A program made the translations under genes and the position numbers. Positions 10,401 to 20,229 of a stretch of 64,000 nucleotides of DNA are shown here, piece by piece. Under the pieces are notes generated by a model. It had not been told where the DNA came from, did not search any database, and saw only the letters and a list, made by a program, of their open reading frames with translations. The DNA lies in contig JASGJH010000001.1 of assembly GCA_047601445.1 (NCBI GenBank), positions 4,352,001 to 4,416,000 on the forward strand, in the 5' to 3' direction. Numbering within the stretch: position 1 is the stretch's first letter; every line of letters begins with the position of its first letter. The stretch comes from Myxococcales bacterium (GTDB taxonomy: Bacteria > Myxococcota_A > Polyangia > Polyangiales > DASUME01).

Positions 10401-13313
10401 CGGGGACCACCAATGGCTCATCGAGCCCGTCACGAACAGGGTCGCCGCGGCGCGCGCCCCAAGCTTGCCAGCGAGCCCGACTGCCAGCTGGCTGAACGCC
10501 TGCGCTCGCGCCAACTCCCCGCGCCGCACCAGCACGACACAGAAGTTCGCGTAGGCCGGCGCGGCCAGCGCTGTGCTGCCGTGTTTCACCACCGATCGCA
10601 GCAGCCACAGCGCGAGCACGGTCCAGCGCTTCGGATCGCTGCGGAAGAACGGCGGCAAGAGCTCGAGTAGCAACGTTTGCAACGCCACCTGTTCAGGGTC
10701 TTGTGCGGGCGGGACATTCGCGAGCTCCTCGATGTTAAGGCCTGCAAGCACTCCCTCGACCTCAGCCGTGACCTGCGCGGCCGTCAGCTCGGGATCGGCC
10801 TCGAATAGCTCGAGGCCGAACAGGCGCAGCGCCTCGCTGCCCGCCTGAATGGCGCGCGGAAAGTCGAGCAGCATCGTATAGCCGAACACACGCACCTCGT
10901 AGAGCTGCGCCTTCTCCAGGCGCGTACGCGCGCTCGAGAGTGCGTGGTGCAGCAGCTCTTCTGCCTCCTCCTTCGCGCCGCTGACGAAGGCGAGCTGAGC
11001 GGCGTCGCGGTGCAGGCCGATGGCCAGCTCGTGTGCGATAGAAAAGCCGGCGGGTCCGAGCAGCGCGAGCGCACGCCGCAGGTAGACAATCGCCACCTCG
11101 TAGGCCGCACCCGTCTTGGCCCGCTCGGCTGCCCTGGCGTTGAGTTCAGCGAGCTCGAGCCGCTCGTCCGTGAGTGTGAGCAGGCTCTCGGCGCGGTTGA
11201 GTTGCTCGACCACCTCGAACAACGGAAGGGGCGTGCGCTCGCGCAGGGCCTCGCCGATGGCACGATGCAGCGAGAGTCTGCGGGCCTCGGGGAGGAGCTC
11301 GTAGGCTGCCTGCTGCACGCGATCGTGCACGAAGCGGTACGCCGGGCGCTCACGGTCCGCGTCGCGCCCGAGCGTGATCAGGTGCTCTCGGGCCGCGAAC
11401 CACAACGCCTGCGCCATCTCCGGCTCGCTCTGCGCTGCCACCCGCGCCACGAGCTCGAGCTCGAACCGGCTACCGATGCAGGCGGCCACCGTCAGGCCGA
11501 GGGCGGTCGCCTCGGGCAGCCGTCGAATGGACTGCACGAGCAGGTCGATGACGCTGTCGGGGGCAGGCAACGCGGCGATGCGCGCAAGATCCCAGGTCCA
11601 GGTGTTGGCGCCCGCGTCGAACGTCAAGCAATCCGCCCCATGCAGCATGCGCAGGAAGCGCGTGGCGAACAGCGGGTTCCCAGTGGTCTTGTGCAGCACG
11701 AGCTCTGCCAGGGGACGACAGCGCTCAGGTGGAGCACGCAGTACGTCACCGAGCATCTCGACGAAGGCGTCCACCCCGAGCGGGGCGAGGGAGATGGTGA
11801 CGACGTGACCTCCAGCGCCTCGGATCTCTTCCACCACGCAGGCCGCCGGGTGATCTCCCGCTGCCTCTTCGCTGCGCCAGGAGACGATGATCAGCAGGTT
11901 GCCGAGCTCGGCTCCGCTGAGCAAAGCGCCCAAGAGCTTGAGCGAAGCCGCGTCGGCCCACTGCAGATCATCGAAGAACAGCACGAGCGGTCGCCCCGGC
12001 TGCGCGAGGGCGCGCAGAAAGCTGGCCAGCGCGTGTTGGGTGCGGTTCTCCGCCTCGACCGGCCCCACCGGCAGGAGCGGAGGCTGCACACCGAAAAGTG
12101 CCTCGAGGCGTGGCACGATCGAAGTGAGCACACCGGCATGGGGACCGACCATCTTTCTGACCCGGTCGCTCAACTCAGAAACGGTCTGCCCGGCAGGATC
12201 GAGCCGCTCCCGCGTGAGCTCGTCAAGGGCCTGCGCAAGCACTGCGAAGGGAACGTGACGTAGCAGCGGCTGACACTTCCCTGCCGCAAAAAGCGCTTCC
12301 TCGGCAATCCGCCCGCGCAGATCCTCGACCAGCGCGGTCTTTCCCACGCCGGCCCATCCTTGCACGACCGCCAGCGTGTTCCCACCCGCGCGCACTGACT
12401 CGTACGCGGTGGCGAGCTCCGCCCGCTCTCGCTCGCGGCCGTAGAGGGACTGAGCCAGCGAGAGCTCGCGGCGGTCGAGACGGGCCAGCTCGAACGTGCC
12501 GAGGCTTCCGTCGCGCAGCCAGCGCCGCTGCGCCTCTGCGAGGTCGGCTTCCAGCGCGTCGGCCGTTTGGTAGCGCCACTCTGGCATCTTCGCGAGCAGC
12601 TTCATCACGATGTCGGAGAGCAGCTGCGGCAGGCCGGGTCGAATCGTCGCCGGCAGCGCCGGCAGGCGTGCGAGATGTCCGTGCAAGACCTCGAGCGGAT
12701 CGGTCGATGGAAATGGGGGAGCGCCCGTCAGCATTTGATAGAAGGTCGCTCCAAGCGAATACAAGTCTGCGCGCTGATCGACCCAGCGATTCGTGCGCCC
12801 TGTCTGCTCGGGGGCCACGTACGGAAGAGTCGCTTCCAGGCGGCCCGTCCCGCGAGGTAGCTCCGCGAGCCCCGTGACCACGGTCGCGAGTTCGAAGTCG
12901 ACTAGCGTCACACCACCGTGGTCGTCGAGCACGAAGTTGGCCGGGCTCACGTCGCGATGGATGATGTTTTGACGGTGGACGCCCGCAACCGCGGCCGCCA
13001 TCTGCACGGCCAGCCGCAAGAAGGCCGCCACGTCCAGGGGTGCACCGCGCAGCGTCTCCTCGATGTCCCGCGTTCCAACGTCCTCGAGAACCAACGCCAG
13101 GCACCCGTCGATCAGCTCCAGGTTGTGGGGCCGTACGACACCGGGCGCTACCAGGCGCGAGAGCAGGGCGTGCTCGTGACGCAAGCGTGAAGCGCTCTCC
13201 CCGTCGGCGCGATCGGTCCGCGCCATCTTGACGACGAACGGCTCTCCATAGCGTTCGCCGCGAAACACTGCATAGCGCGCTCCGAGGTGGATCTGCCTCA
13301 GTCCAGTCCACAT
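7404..13313 (-). CDS. Multidomain Ser/Thr kinase-AAA ATPase-GAF-PAS-histidine kinase-receiver protein
   Basis: HRDVSPAN, YVAPEQTGR, Walker A GWAGVGKT, FFDDLQWAD, GNPLF, GAF ending AAISLENARL, AHDFNNLL, GTGLGL and a receiver domain. Likely start is ATG 13313, because the longer ORF overlaps the divergent gene. Confidence 0.93.
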   Translation of the reverse strand: MWTGLRQIHLGARYAVFRGERYGEPFVVKMARTDRADGESASRLRHEHALLSRLVAPGVVRPHNLELIDGCLALVLEDVGTRDIEETLRGAPLDVAAFLRLAVQMAAAVAGVHRQNIIHRDVSPANFVLDDHGGVTLVDFELATVVTGLAELPRGTGRLEATLPYVAPEQTGRTNRWVDQRADLYSLGATFYQMLTGAPPFPSTDPLEVLHGHLARLPALPATIRPGLPQLLSDIVMKLLAKMPEWRYQTADALEADLAEAQRRWLRDGSLGTFELARLDRRELSLAQSLYGRERERAELATAYESVRAGGNTLAVVQGWAGVGKTALVEDLRGRIAEEALFAAGKCQPLLRHVPFAVLAQALDELTRERLDPAGQTVSELSDRVRKMVGPHAGVLTSIVPRLEALFGVQPPLLPVGPVEAENRTQHALASFLRALAQPGRPLVLFFDDLQWADAASLKLLGALLSGAELGNLLIIVSWRSEEAAGDHPAACVVEEIRGAGGHVVTISLAPLGVDAFVEMLGDVLRAPPERCRPLAELVLHKTTGNPLFATRFLRMLHGADCLTFDAGANTWTWDLARIAALPAPDSVIDLLVQSIRRLPEATALGLTVAACIGSRFELELVARVAAQSEPEMAQALWFAAREHLITLGRDADRERPAYRFVHDRVQQAAYELLPEARRLSLHRAIGEALRERTPLPLFEVVEQLNRAESLLTLTDERLELAELNARAAERAKTGAAYEVAIVYLRRALALLGPAGFSIAHELAIGLHRDAAQLAFVSGAKEEAEELLHHALSSARTRLEKAQLYEVRVFGYTMLLDFPRAIQAGSEALRLFGLELFEADPELTAAQVTAEVEGVLAGLNIEELANVPPAQDPEQVALQTLLLELLPPFFRSDPKRWTVLALWLLRSVVKHGSTALAAPAYANFCVVLVRRGELARAQAFSQLAVGLAGKLGARAAATLFVTGSMSHWWSPLRSVIPELHVIAAKGIESGELMWAWYSELKVVRTLLLAGDELRSTAAVLEPLVGRPGQRGWTSQLKLYQQAIRCLQGATPQRGRFEEETESAIVRPGSHDRYALGEYATTRLQLAFVFGDVDGALGWLEQGAQHEDVLACLDIRPVFATYAALSLVAAAERGSPAERATRLARSHVFEAQLSRWAKHCPENYRHKHELLRAELERVEGGSPEPHFHAAIEAAAQAGALHEQALAQELYARFCLSQGHPHVAAQWFRGALDTWSHYGASAKVKQLEEEVVLLSLPAARRWTTPITSGEGVSFDALTLFKAAETLSSEVVLDKLLEKLMHICVEAAGAQRAALLVERDGQLRLEARLDVERGLLEVSGDHQGNGRILVSEAIVLHTLRSGEDVVLANAAEAGAFTADPYVRARASKSIVSLPVRHRDRITAVLFLENDLSSDAFTKKRLEMLRLLVVQAAISLENARLYDSLRGSEALLRDFLEGMPVGVYVVNPRGEITLANRKAIEITGAPHDPTPTLAQATMAHHIVVAGTNEAYPMERLPASRALQGETVMVDDIAVARRDRTVPIAAWATPIHGQDGAVRYAIVAFQDISAQREMETDRARLEAQLHQAQRLESIGRLSGGIAHDFNNLLTPILIYSELAIGALPEKSPIRAQIAQVRDAAESAASLTRQLLAFGRQQVLEPRELDLNQELLSFERMFRRLVREDIEVRLDLDRAIKLVLADHAQMQRVLMNLGTNAADAMPSSGTITFETRQGTLLASDVDQPNDEPPVRRAAVVLRVHDTGQGMDTITLDKLFDPFFTTKPPGKGTGLGLPTVYGIVKQHGGEMSVHSEPGRGTTFEITLPCVTDGTPLAQRSLSAGRDAVARSGGGETVLVVDDNDAVRNVVREVLEAEGYHVLAFGSSLEALDVARKLGGSLDLLVTDIVMPGMGGRELYERLAPELPHAAVLFISGYTGEYVPNEADTQAGVGRLQKPISREALCEKARALLDARSGSKG

Positions 13314-13488
13314 GACGGTTCTATGATCCCATGCCTGGCCCGCCCGGGCAGGCTCAGTCGCCAACGACTCCCGAGGCGAGACCGCAAAGCAGCGAGAACT
13401 AGTGGCGCGAGCGCGCGCCGAGCGTGAGTTTGCGAGAGAAAGGGGCGCTGCCGTGTGCGATAGTGAGCGATGAACCGATCGGAAACCT

Positions 13489-13926
13489 ATGGCCGAGATC
13501 ACCATCGTTGATGAGTTCGACGCTCTGCTGCTCCGCTACACCGTGCCGCAGGGAAGGTCCGGGCTCGCGGGCGCGGCTCTCGAGGGAGCGCAGTTGCCGG
13601 GCGCGCAGCTCGCAGGCGCAGACCTCAGCGGTGCAGATCTCTACTGGGCGTCCCTGTTTCGAGCCGATCTGCGCGGCGCCAAGCTCGACAACGCTGTGCT
13701 CTGCGGTGCGGACCTCAAGCAGGCCAATCTCGAAGGAGCGTCCCTCAAGAACGCGGACTTGGGTCTTGATCGACTCAATGGCTCTACCTCGCTCGAGGGA
13801 GCCAATCTTCGCGGCACGGACCTCCGCTGGACCAAGCTCACGGGAGCCCAATACGACGAAGCAACCCAGTTCCCTGCAGGGTTCGACCCCGCGCAAGCGG
13901 GCATGCGTCGCACGCGGAGGAGCTGA
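13489..13926 (+). CDS. Pentapeptide repeat protein
   Basis: Tandem A(D/N)Lxx repeats ([20 protein letters not shown]) and C-terminal [13 protein letters not shown]. Confidence 0.92.
   Translation: MAEITIVDEFDALLLRYTVPQGRSGLAGAALEGAQLPGAQLAGADLSGADLYWASLFRADLRGAKLDNAVLCGADLKQANLEGASLKNADLGLDRLNGSTSLEGANLRGTDLRWTKLTGAQYDEATQFPAGFDPAQAGMRRTRRS
13819..13926 (+). repeat. Copy 1 of a 108-bp direct repeat (3' end of the pentapeptide gene)
   Basis: Aligns without gaps to 20122-20229; 13 mismatches by manual count. Confidence 0.92.
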
Positions 13927-14263
13927 GTCGGTCGGTTCGAGAAGGCAGTCTTCTGACTACTCGACCGCGTAGTCCTTGCACGGTGCGCTTCGCACTCAAC
14001 GCTCTCGGTCAAATCCGAAGGCATATGCCGAAGAAATGACCAGAGCGGTTAGGCGCATGAAGATCGTGTTGGCGTGAGTTGTAGAGTCGTTCAGTGTCGT
14101 CAGCGAAACTGTGTAGACGGGGAAGCCGGTCGGTTGACGCGTCGTACCCTGCCCCGTGGAGCGCGACCTGATTCGCTCGCCCAACATCTCTCTGCACTGG
14201 AGGTAGCCGTCAGGTCGCCCTGGACACATCCGTGTTCAACGTAGCGCTCGATTGGAGGACTCT

Positions 14264-15451
14264 ATGCGCGACATAAGAAAGAGCAATCGGCAGTTCGTTC
14301 AAAGGCACTTGCCGGCATTCAGGATGTGCTTGGCGACGCTGCTTGCAGGCACAAGCGGATGCGCCGAGCTGCAGGCAGACGACCTCGATGGCGACGAGCG
14401 TGGTTCCGCGATCGAGCGAGACCAGAGCAGCGACAAGCAACCAGTTGAAGGCGTCGAGCAAGCGGTCTATCTGCCGGGCCCGTGCATCCCGACCGTTTTC
14501 AACCCTTGCCCGAGCGGAGCGCTCCTGGTGGGGACCAAGAAACCAACAGGCCTCGCAGCCAATGATCAGCTCGTGTTCTGGTCCAGCGCACCGGACGCGG
14601 CGGGCGCTGCGGTGTTCAAGATTCCCGTGACAGGCGGAGCAGCCAGCACCGTCGTCTGGAGTCACACCAGCCCCTTTCCAGCCTATGTCACGTCGCTCGC
14701 AATCGACCCCGTCAATGTGTACTGGTTCAACGCGGATTTCGATCCGAACGACCCGCACAACAGCATCAGCTTCCCGTACACCCTCTGGCACGCTCCCCAA
14801 GCTGGAGGTACCGCTGCGTCGCTGTTCCAGGGCCAGACGGACACACCTACGATGCCGCTGCAAGGACTGGCCCCGTCGTCCACGTCACAGAGCGTCTACG
14901 CGGCGCTCACGGTCTCTGGGATCCGCCGGGCCTCCTACCTCAGTTTCTTGAACATCCATACCTGGCTCAACTCGGCCATCGAGCTGAATGGGATACCGTG
15001 GTACCCATTTGATCTTACGGTTGACACGCAGAACGTCTACTTCAGCGACAACGTTGCCGGAAGCCTGTATCAAAGGCCTTTGTCCTTGGCGGCCGACGAC
15101 CCCAATGTCATCCACTTGGGTGACGCGATCGCAACGCCCAACTCGCCGCTCGCCAACTACAATGGACGCCTCTACTACGCGAGCGGCAATTCAATCAAGT
15201 CGGTCCCCAGCGGCGGCGGTGGCCAGCCCTCCACCTTCGCCACGGACTCGGGCCCGCCCACCAGCTTTGCCGTGGATGGCGCGAACCTCTACTGGACCTG
15301 CACGAAATGCGGAACCGTGTCCAAGCAAGCATTTGGCGGCGGCGCCGCCACCGTGCTGGCCTTCAATCAATCGTCTCCGAAGTTCGTGGCGGTCAACTCG
15401 ACCGACGTGTTCTGGGGGACTTCGAGCAGCATTCGCTACACGACGAAGTAG
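14264..15451 (+). CDS. Putative lipoprotein with beta-propeller repeats
   Basis: Lipobox-like LLAGTSGC; repeated blades LAIDPVNVYW, LTVDTQNVYF, FAVDGANLYW, VAVNSTDVFW. Start uncertain (14252/14264/14324). Confidence 0.8.
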   Translation: MRDIRKSNRQFVQRHLPAFRMCLATLLAGTSGCAELQADDLDGDERGSAIERDQSSDKQPVEGVEQAVYLPGPCIPTVFNPCPSGALLVGTKKPTGLAANDQLVFWSSAPDAAGAAVFKIPVTGGAASTVVWSHTSPFPAYVTSLAIDPVNVYWFNADFDPNDPHNSISFPYTLWHAPQAGGTAASLFQGQTDTPTMPLQGLAPSSTSQSVYAALTVSGIRRASYLSFLNIHTWLNSAIELNGIPWYPFDLTVDTQNVYFSDNVAGSLYQRPLSLAADDPNVIHLGDAIATPNSPLANYNGRLYYASGNSIKSVPSGGGGQPSTFATDSGPPTSFAVDGANLYWTCTKCGTVSKQAFGGGAATVLAFNQSSPKFVAVNSTDVFWGTSSSIRYTTK

Positions 15452-15559
15452 TGCGGCGTTTGAGACAGGCGCTCCTTTGCTTCCCTCCGAGAGCCGGCGC
15501 TAGGCTGCGCCCACATCAGGCGTTGGCCTTGTCACCGGGGGACCGGGCGACAGCAACTG

Positions 15560-15985
15560 CTACTTGCCATCGAGAAAGCGCCACGAGAGCTCGTCGGCAA
15601 GCGCTCGTTGCTCGGCAGTCCAGCCTTCGTACGCGGTGTCGTTCAGGCGCGCCTGGATCAGCTCGTACTCCGCCTCATTCCGAATCCTCTTCCCAAGCAG
15701 GATCTTGAGGACTTTGCGCTCGTCGCTGCTGCGCAGCGAGGTGAGTGTAGGAGCGCCTGCAGCGGTCAGCTCGGTGTCGAGCGCGGCGAGCTCAGGTCCT
15801 TTCAAGTCTTGCAGCATTTCGACGCTGTCGCGGACCACCATACGCATCCCGGCCACCTGCTTGCACTGCATGACCGCCGGAATGAAGTATTCATCGACTA
15901 AAGGGACTCCTCGCGCCTTTCTATGGCGAGCGATCACAAGAGCGAACTTACGTAGAGCCTCGAGCTCGGGATTGATGCGGGGCAT
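15560..15985 (-). CDS. Hypothetical protein (141 aa)
   Basis: Clean ORF with natural amino-acid composition; no motif recognised. Confidence 0.6.
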   Translation of the reverse strand: MPRINPELEALRKFALVIARHRKARGVPLVDEYFIPAVMQCKQVAGMRMVVRDSVEMLQDLKGPELAALDTELTAAGAPTLTSLRSSDERKVLKILLGKRIRNEAEYELIQARLNDTAYEGWTAEQRALADELSWRFLDGK

Positions 15986-16107
15986 ACGGCGGCTTTCTCC
16001 CGGTCACTATACAGTGCGCCGGATGCGATGGAAGGCACTGCTGCCTTGCAGGCCTGAAGACGGCAGTCGCGGACACCAACGCCTCGGTGGAAGGGCTGAT
16101 TGCTCCT

Positions 16108-17349
16108 TCACGTGGATGGCAGAAGGGCCAACCGGCTGAGTAGGTATCCCTTCATCGCGTCGTCCGTCGTCAACCCGATCGCGATGCTCAGGGCCTCGAC
16201 CGCCCCCGCGGTCTCCTCGGCGCACGCGAGCAGATGCCCCTTCGCCGCCCAATACGGCTGGTACGACTGCATGCGCTTGTCGTTCTCGAGCGGCGCCAGA
16301 TCGGCGAGGGCCGCGCGCGGTCCGTGCACCTCGGCACGCGCGACCGCACGGTTGAGGATGACGACGGGCGAGCCCGTGAGCGCGAGCAGGTGATCGTAGA
16401 GCGCGACGACAGCTGGCCAGTTCGAAACGCCCGTGAAGCGTCGCGCGACGTGTGCGGATTGGATCGCCGCCTCGATCTGGTAACGCCCGCTCGGCCCACC
16501 GACGTTCGCCCGACGCAGCAAGTTCTCGGCGAGCGCGAGCGATGCGACGTCCCAGAGGTTGGTGTCCTGTTGCTCCAGCGGCACGTAGGCGCCGGCCACG
16601 TCGCGACGCGCGGCCCGACGGGCGGCCGTGTAGAGCAGCAGCGCCAGCATGCCCTTGGCTTCGGGCTCGTCGGGGAGCAGCGAGACGACGAGCCGCGCGA
16701 GCCAGATGGCCTCGTCGGCGAGCTCGGGCAGTCCGTCTTCGCCTACCTCGTTCCAGCCCTTGGTGTAGGCCGCGTAGATCGCGTCGAGCACGGCCGCGAG
16801 CCGCTCCGGCAGCTCCGCGTGGTCCGGCTCGGAGAAGGGGATTCCCGCGTCGCGGATGCGAAGCTTCGCCCGCGAGAGCCGTTGCCCCATCGTCTTGGGC
16901 GGAAGCAGGAAGGTGGAGGCCATGTCCTCGGCGGTGAGACCGAGGATGGTCTGGAGGATGAGCGGCGTGCGCACGCTGCGCTCGATGGCGGGATGCGCGC
17001 AGGCGAACATCAACGCGAGCCGGCGATCCGGGACCTCGTTCGGCGTGTCCCCCAGCGCTTCGAGCTCGTCGCCGACGAGCTGCAGATGCGCCTCCCCTGC
17101 GTCACGAGTCTGCCGCTTGCGCACGACGTCGGTCTGCCGCCGGCGCGCTGCGGTCAGTAGCCATGCCTGCGGATTCTCCGGCACGCCGTCGATCGGCCAA
17201 CGGTGGAGCGCGGCGGCGAAGGCCTCGCCGAGCGCATCCTCTGCTTCCGCCACATCGCGCGTGCGCGCGGTCAGAAAGGCGAGGAGGCGTCCGTAGCTCT
17301 CGCGCGCAACGCGCTCGGCGGCGCGATTGGCCTCTCCCGCCACCGGCAT
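16108..17349 (-). CDS. ECF RNA polymerase sigma factor with C-terminal extension (DUF6596/TPR type)
   Basis: AEDALGEAFAAAL..WP..G.P.NP.AWL, DRRLALMFACAHPA, QRLSRAK, YQIEAAI, VILNRAVA. Start overlaps the yciI-like stop (TGATG). Confidence 0.92.
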   Translation of the reverse strand: MPVAGEANRAAERVARESYGRLLAFLTARTRDVAEAEDALGEAFAAALHRWPIDGVPENPQAWLLTAARRRQTDVVRKRQTRDAGEAHLQLVGDELEALGDTPNEVPDRRLALMFACAHPAIERSVRTPLILQTILGLTAEDMASTFLLPPKTMGQRLSRAKLRIRDAGIPFSEPDHAELPERLAAVLDAIYAAYTKGWNEVGEDGLPELADEAIWLARLVVSLLPDEPEAKGMLALLLYTAARRAARRDVAGAYVPLEQQDTNLWDVASLALAENLLRRANVGGPSGRYQIEAAIQSAHVARRFTGVSNWPAVVALYDHLLALTGSPVVILNRAVARAEVHGPRAALADLAPLENDKRMQSYQPYWAAKGHLLACAEETAGAVEALSIAIGLTTDDAMKGYLLSRLALLPST

Positions 17350-17699
17350 CAACGCTTGCCTGCCCGCGTATCCATCATCGGCCGCACCTCGACCGAGCCG
17401 TACTTGCTCGACGGGCAGCGCTTCGCCCACGCAATTGCTTCATCGAGGCTCGGGACCTCGACGAAGAAGTAGCCTGCGAACTGCTCCTTCGTGTCCGCGT
17501 AGGGGCCGTCGAGCACGTCGGTCCTCCCCTCGTGCTGGCGGACGGTGGTCGCGGCCGAGCTCGGCTGCAGGCGCTCTCCGGCGGACGAGCCTTCGGCCTT
17601 TGCGAGTGCGTCGTTGAAAGCGGCGTACTCGGCCCAGAGCTCCTTCGGGGCATTCGCGAGGGCGGCTTCGTCGTGGTGAATCAGCATCATGAATCGCAT
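17349..17699 (-). CDS. YciI/DGPF-domain protein
   Basis: DGPYADTKEQFAGYF, EAIAWA, VEVRP; the usual partner of this ECF group. Confidence 0.92.
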   Translation of the reverse strand: MRFMMLIHHDEAALANAPKELWAEYAAFNDALAKAEGSSAGERLQPSSAATTVRQHEGRTDVLDGPYADTKEQFAGYFFVEVPSLDEAIAWAKRCPSSKYGSVEVRPMMDTRAGKR

Positions 17700-17784
17700 G
17701 TCGTTCGCTCCTGACGGGAACACGGGTCCCGATATACCGGTGACGGGCGAGGCGCCGGGAATTCTACTGGGTCGCTCGATTTTC

Positions 17785-18237
17785 TCACGGCGTCGCGGCC
17801 GGTCGCAGCAACGGAAGGATACCGAGGACGCGGTTCGCCGGCCGCAACGCCCACGATGTAAGCGTCATCAGCGCGATCACCGCGGTGACGGCCAGGTGCC
17901 AGCGTTCGCTGCCGATCACGAGATGCGACACGAACGCGCCGGTCATATTGAAGACGATGCCGGCATAGGCCCACTCCTTGAGCCGCACCAGGCCCGGCGC
18001 GAGGAGGACGAGTGCGCCGAGCACCTTCCAGAAGCCGAGGATGGCGATGAAGTAGCTCGGATATCCGAGGCGCAGCATCCCTTCCATGGTCTCCGGGCGT
18101 TGGACGAGCTCGGAGACGCCGCCGGAGAGCATGAAGAACGCGATCAAGGCCGTGGTCGTCCAGTAGGTGATGGTCCGGGCCTTCGTGGGGAAAGCGGGGG
18201 TGGCGGGGGTGGGAGGGATCGTCGTGGTGTGTTGCAT
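17785..18237 (-). CDS. DoxX family membrane protein
   Basis: YWTTT..., LGYPSYF..ILGFWK, LKEWAYAG. Confidence 0.9.
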   Translation of the reverse strand: MQHTTTIPPTPATPAFPTKARTITYWTTTALIAFFMLSGGVSELVQRPETMEGMLRLGYPSYFIAILGFWKVLGALVLLAPGLVRLKEWAYAGIVFNMTGAFVSHLVIGSERWHLAVTAVIALMTLTSWALRPANRVLGILPLLRPAATP

Positions 18238-18755
18238 GGGGTCGCTCCGTCGCGGGAAGTTCGGTCCCGCTATAGGCATGACGGGCGTGAGGTCGGCATT
18301 TCTACAGGGCGTGGGAGAAATGTCGCTGGAGCATGCTTTCGGCGAGCTCGATGCGCCCCCGCCTCCTGAGTGCCGCCCTAAGTCGGGGCATGTCTTGCCT
18401 GATCTGGGTCAGCCCTCTCAGAGGTCGAAGGTAGCGTGCTGAGCGCGCGCGATCGGTGCCGTGCGGCGTGGCTGCGAGTGCTCACGCCTAGTTGGACGAG
18501 GTCAAGCAGGCAAACCGTGCCCCTTTTGGCTTGATGCTACCGTATGGCTACAAGGTAGATGGCGGCCTCGCGGCCGCGAGGGAGCTGCTCGAGGAAACTT
18601 GGTCGCCGTTGTCGGCTTCGAGTCCTACGAACTCGCGCAGCAGGCCCTCTCACTTCGAGCGGTGAGGTGGTGGCCTATCTCTGGACGACCATCGACCCGG
18701 CAGGAAGCCCGCTTCATCTGAATGCTCTGCGGTGAGTGCGCCCGAGGAGACGGAC

Positions 18756-20087
18756 ATGGGGACCATGACGAAGGATCGGCATGCATTGCGTCTCACGCTG
18801 GCGCTCGGCCTTGCATCGCTCGCCGGTTGCGGCAGCGACGAGGGCGGGCACTCGAGCGAGAGCGATGCAGCCGACGCCGGAAGCGAGGTCGTTCTCGAGT
18901 TGTTCAGCTGGTGGAAGGCGCCGGGTGAGGCGGAGGCGCTCTCCGCTCTCATCTCCGCGCATCACGCGCGCTATCCGAACGTGTCCATCTACAACCTCGC
19001 GGTCTCCAACGAAGACGCTCCCTACGTGATGGCCGAACGCTTCGGCTTCAAATGCACAGCGAAGCGCACACTCGACACCACCGTCGACTGTCGGCGTGAC
19101 GAGAGCATCACGCCGGACCCTGTGGATCTCATGCAATGGAATCTCGGCGACGTGAAGCGCGTGTGGATTGACCAGGGCGTCAAGTTCACCGCGCTCGACG
19201 CCGTGCTCGATGAAGAGAACGTCGTCGATCAACTTCTTCCCGAAGCCCGCGAGGCCGTGACGGTAGACGGCGAGATCATCGCCCTACCCGTCGGCATCCA
19301 TCGCAACAACAACCTCATCTACAATCGGGACGTGCTCGATGTCGCCGGTGTGGACCCCGAAGGCCTCGAGACGTGGGAGGACTTTATCGCGGCCTGCGAC
19401 AAAGTTCAGACGAGCGGCAAGACCTGTCTCGCCACCGGCACCCAGGGCTGGATCATGAACATCCTGTTCGGCAATGTGGTGGCCATGACGATGGGGGCCC
19501 AGGGCTACGTCGATTACTATTCTGGGAAGAGCAGCGCCGATGACCCCAAGTTGGCCGAAGCCGTGCAGAACTTCGACCTGCTCATGCGCAAGTACGTGGG
19601 CAAGACCGCCGAGCTTCCAGGCGGATGGGACGAAGCCTGCGCGAAGCTGCAGGACGGCAAGGCTGCGTTCTACCTCCACGGCGACTGGGCTGTCGGCCTG
19701 CTCAAAGCCCGCGGCTGGGACTCCACGAACTTCGGCGTAATGGCCTCGCCCGGTAGTCAGGGCCTCTTTCTGTTCGGAGTCGATGGCTTCCTCTTGCCGG
19801 AGGGCAGCATGCACGGCGACGCAGCGCTCGAGGTGATTCGCACCTGGAGCTCGCCCGAAGCGCTGGCGGCGTTCTCGAAGGCCAAGGGGGCCACACCGCC
19901 GCGAAAGGACGTAGACCTCACCGACGACCCCCTGGCTAACGGCACTTATCAGGACCTGCTCAAGGCCGAGTACCCGCTGCCAGAGAACGACCGCGGCGTG
20001 AAGTTCGAGACCCTCGCGGAATACGTAACCGGGAAGAAGACCGTTGCCGACATCCTGACGGAGGCAAAGTCGGTCTACGCCAGGTGA
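18756..20087 (+). CDS. ABC transporter sugar-type substrate-binding lipoprotein
   Basis: Lipobox LAGC; FSWW...EAEAL, LPVGIHRNN, GKAAFYLHGDWA. No permease genes are adjacent. Confidence 0.88.
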   Translation: MGTMTKDRHALRLTLALGLASLAGCGSDEGGHSSESDAADAGSEVVLELFSWWKAPGEAEALSALISAHHARYPNVSIYNLAVSNEDAPYVMAERFGFKCTAKRTLDTTVDCRRDESITPDPVDLMQWNLGDVKRVWIDQGVKFTALDAVLDEENVVDQLLPEAREAVTVDGEIIALPVGIHRNNNLIYNRDVLDVAGVDPEGLETWEDFIAACDKVQTSGKTCLATGTQGWIMNILFGNVVAMTMGAQGYVDYYSGKSSADDPKLAEAVQNFDLLMRKYVGKTAELPGGWDEACAKLQDGKAAFYLHGDWAVGLLKARGWDSTNFGVMASPGSQGLFLFGVDGFLLPEGSMHGDAALEVIRTWSSPEALAAFSKAKGATPPRKDVDLTDDPLANGTYQDLLKAEYPLPENDRGVKFETLAEYVTGKKTVADILTEAKSVYAR

Positions 20088-20121
20088 GGTCGAGGCGTTC
20101 GCGGCCAACGCGCGTCGACTC

Positions 20122-20229
20122 GACCTCCGCTGGCCCAAGCTCACGGGAGCCCAATAAGACGAAGCAACCCAGTTCCCTGCAACGTTTGATCCGGCAAGAG
20201 CGGGTATGCGTCGCGAGCGGAGGAGCTGA
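20122..20229 (+). pseudogene. Remnant of a pentapeptide-repeat gene 3' end (direct repeat copy 2)
   Basis: About 88% identical to 13819-13926, with an in-frame TAC-to-TAA change and no intact 5' part. Confidence 0.88.

Noticed and set aside
7905..12263. Long plus-strand ORFs (537, 439 aa and others) opposite the large kinase
   Set aside because: Antisense shadows typical of high-GC coding DNA; the same applies to most alternative ORFs in the track.
7404..13313. Kinase-AAA-histidine kinase fusion as a novelty
   Set aside because: This architecture is well known and common in myxobacteria and cyanobacteria.
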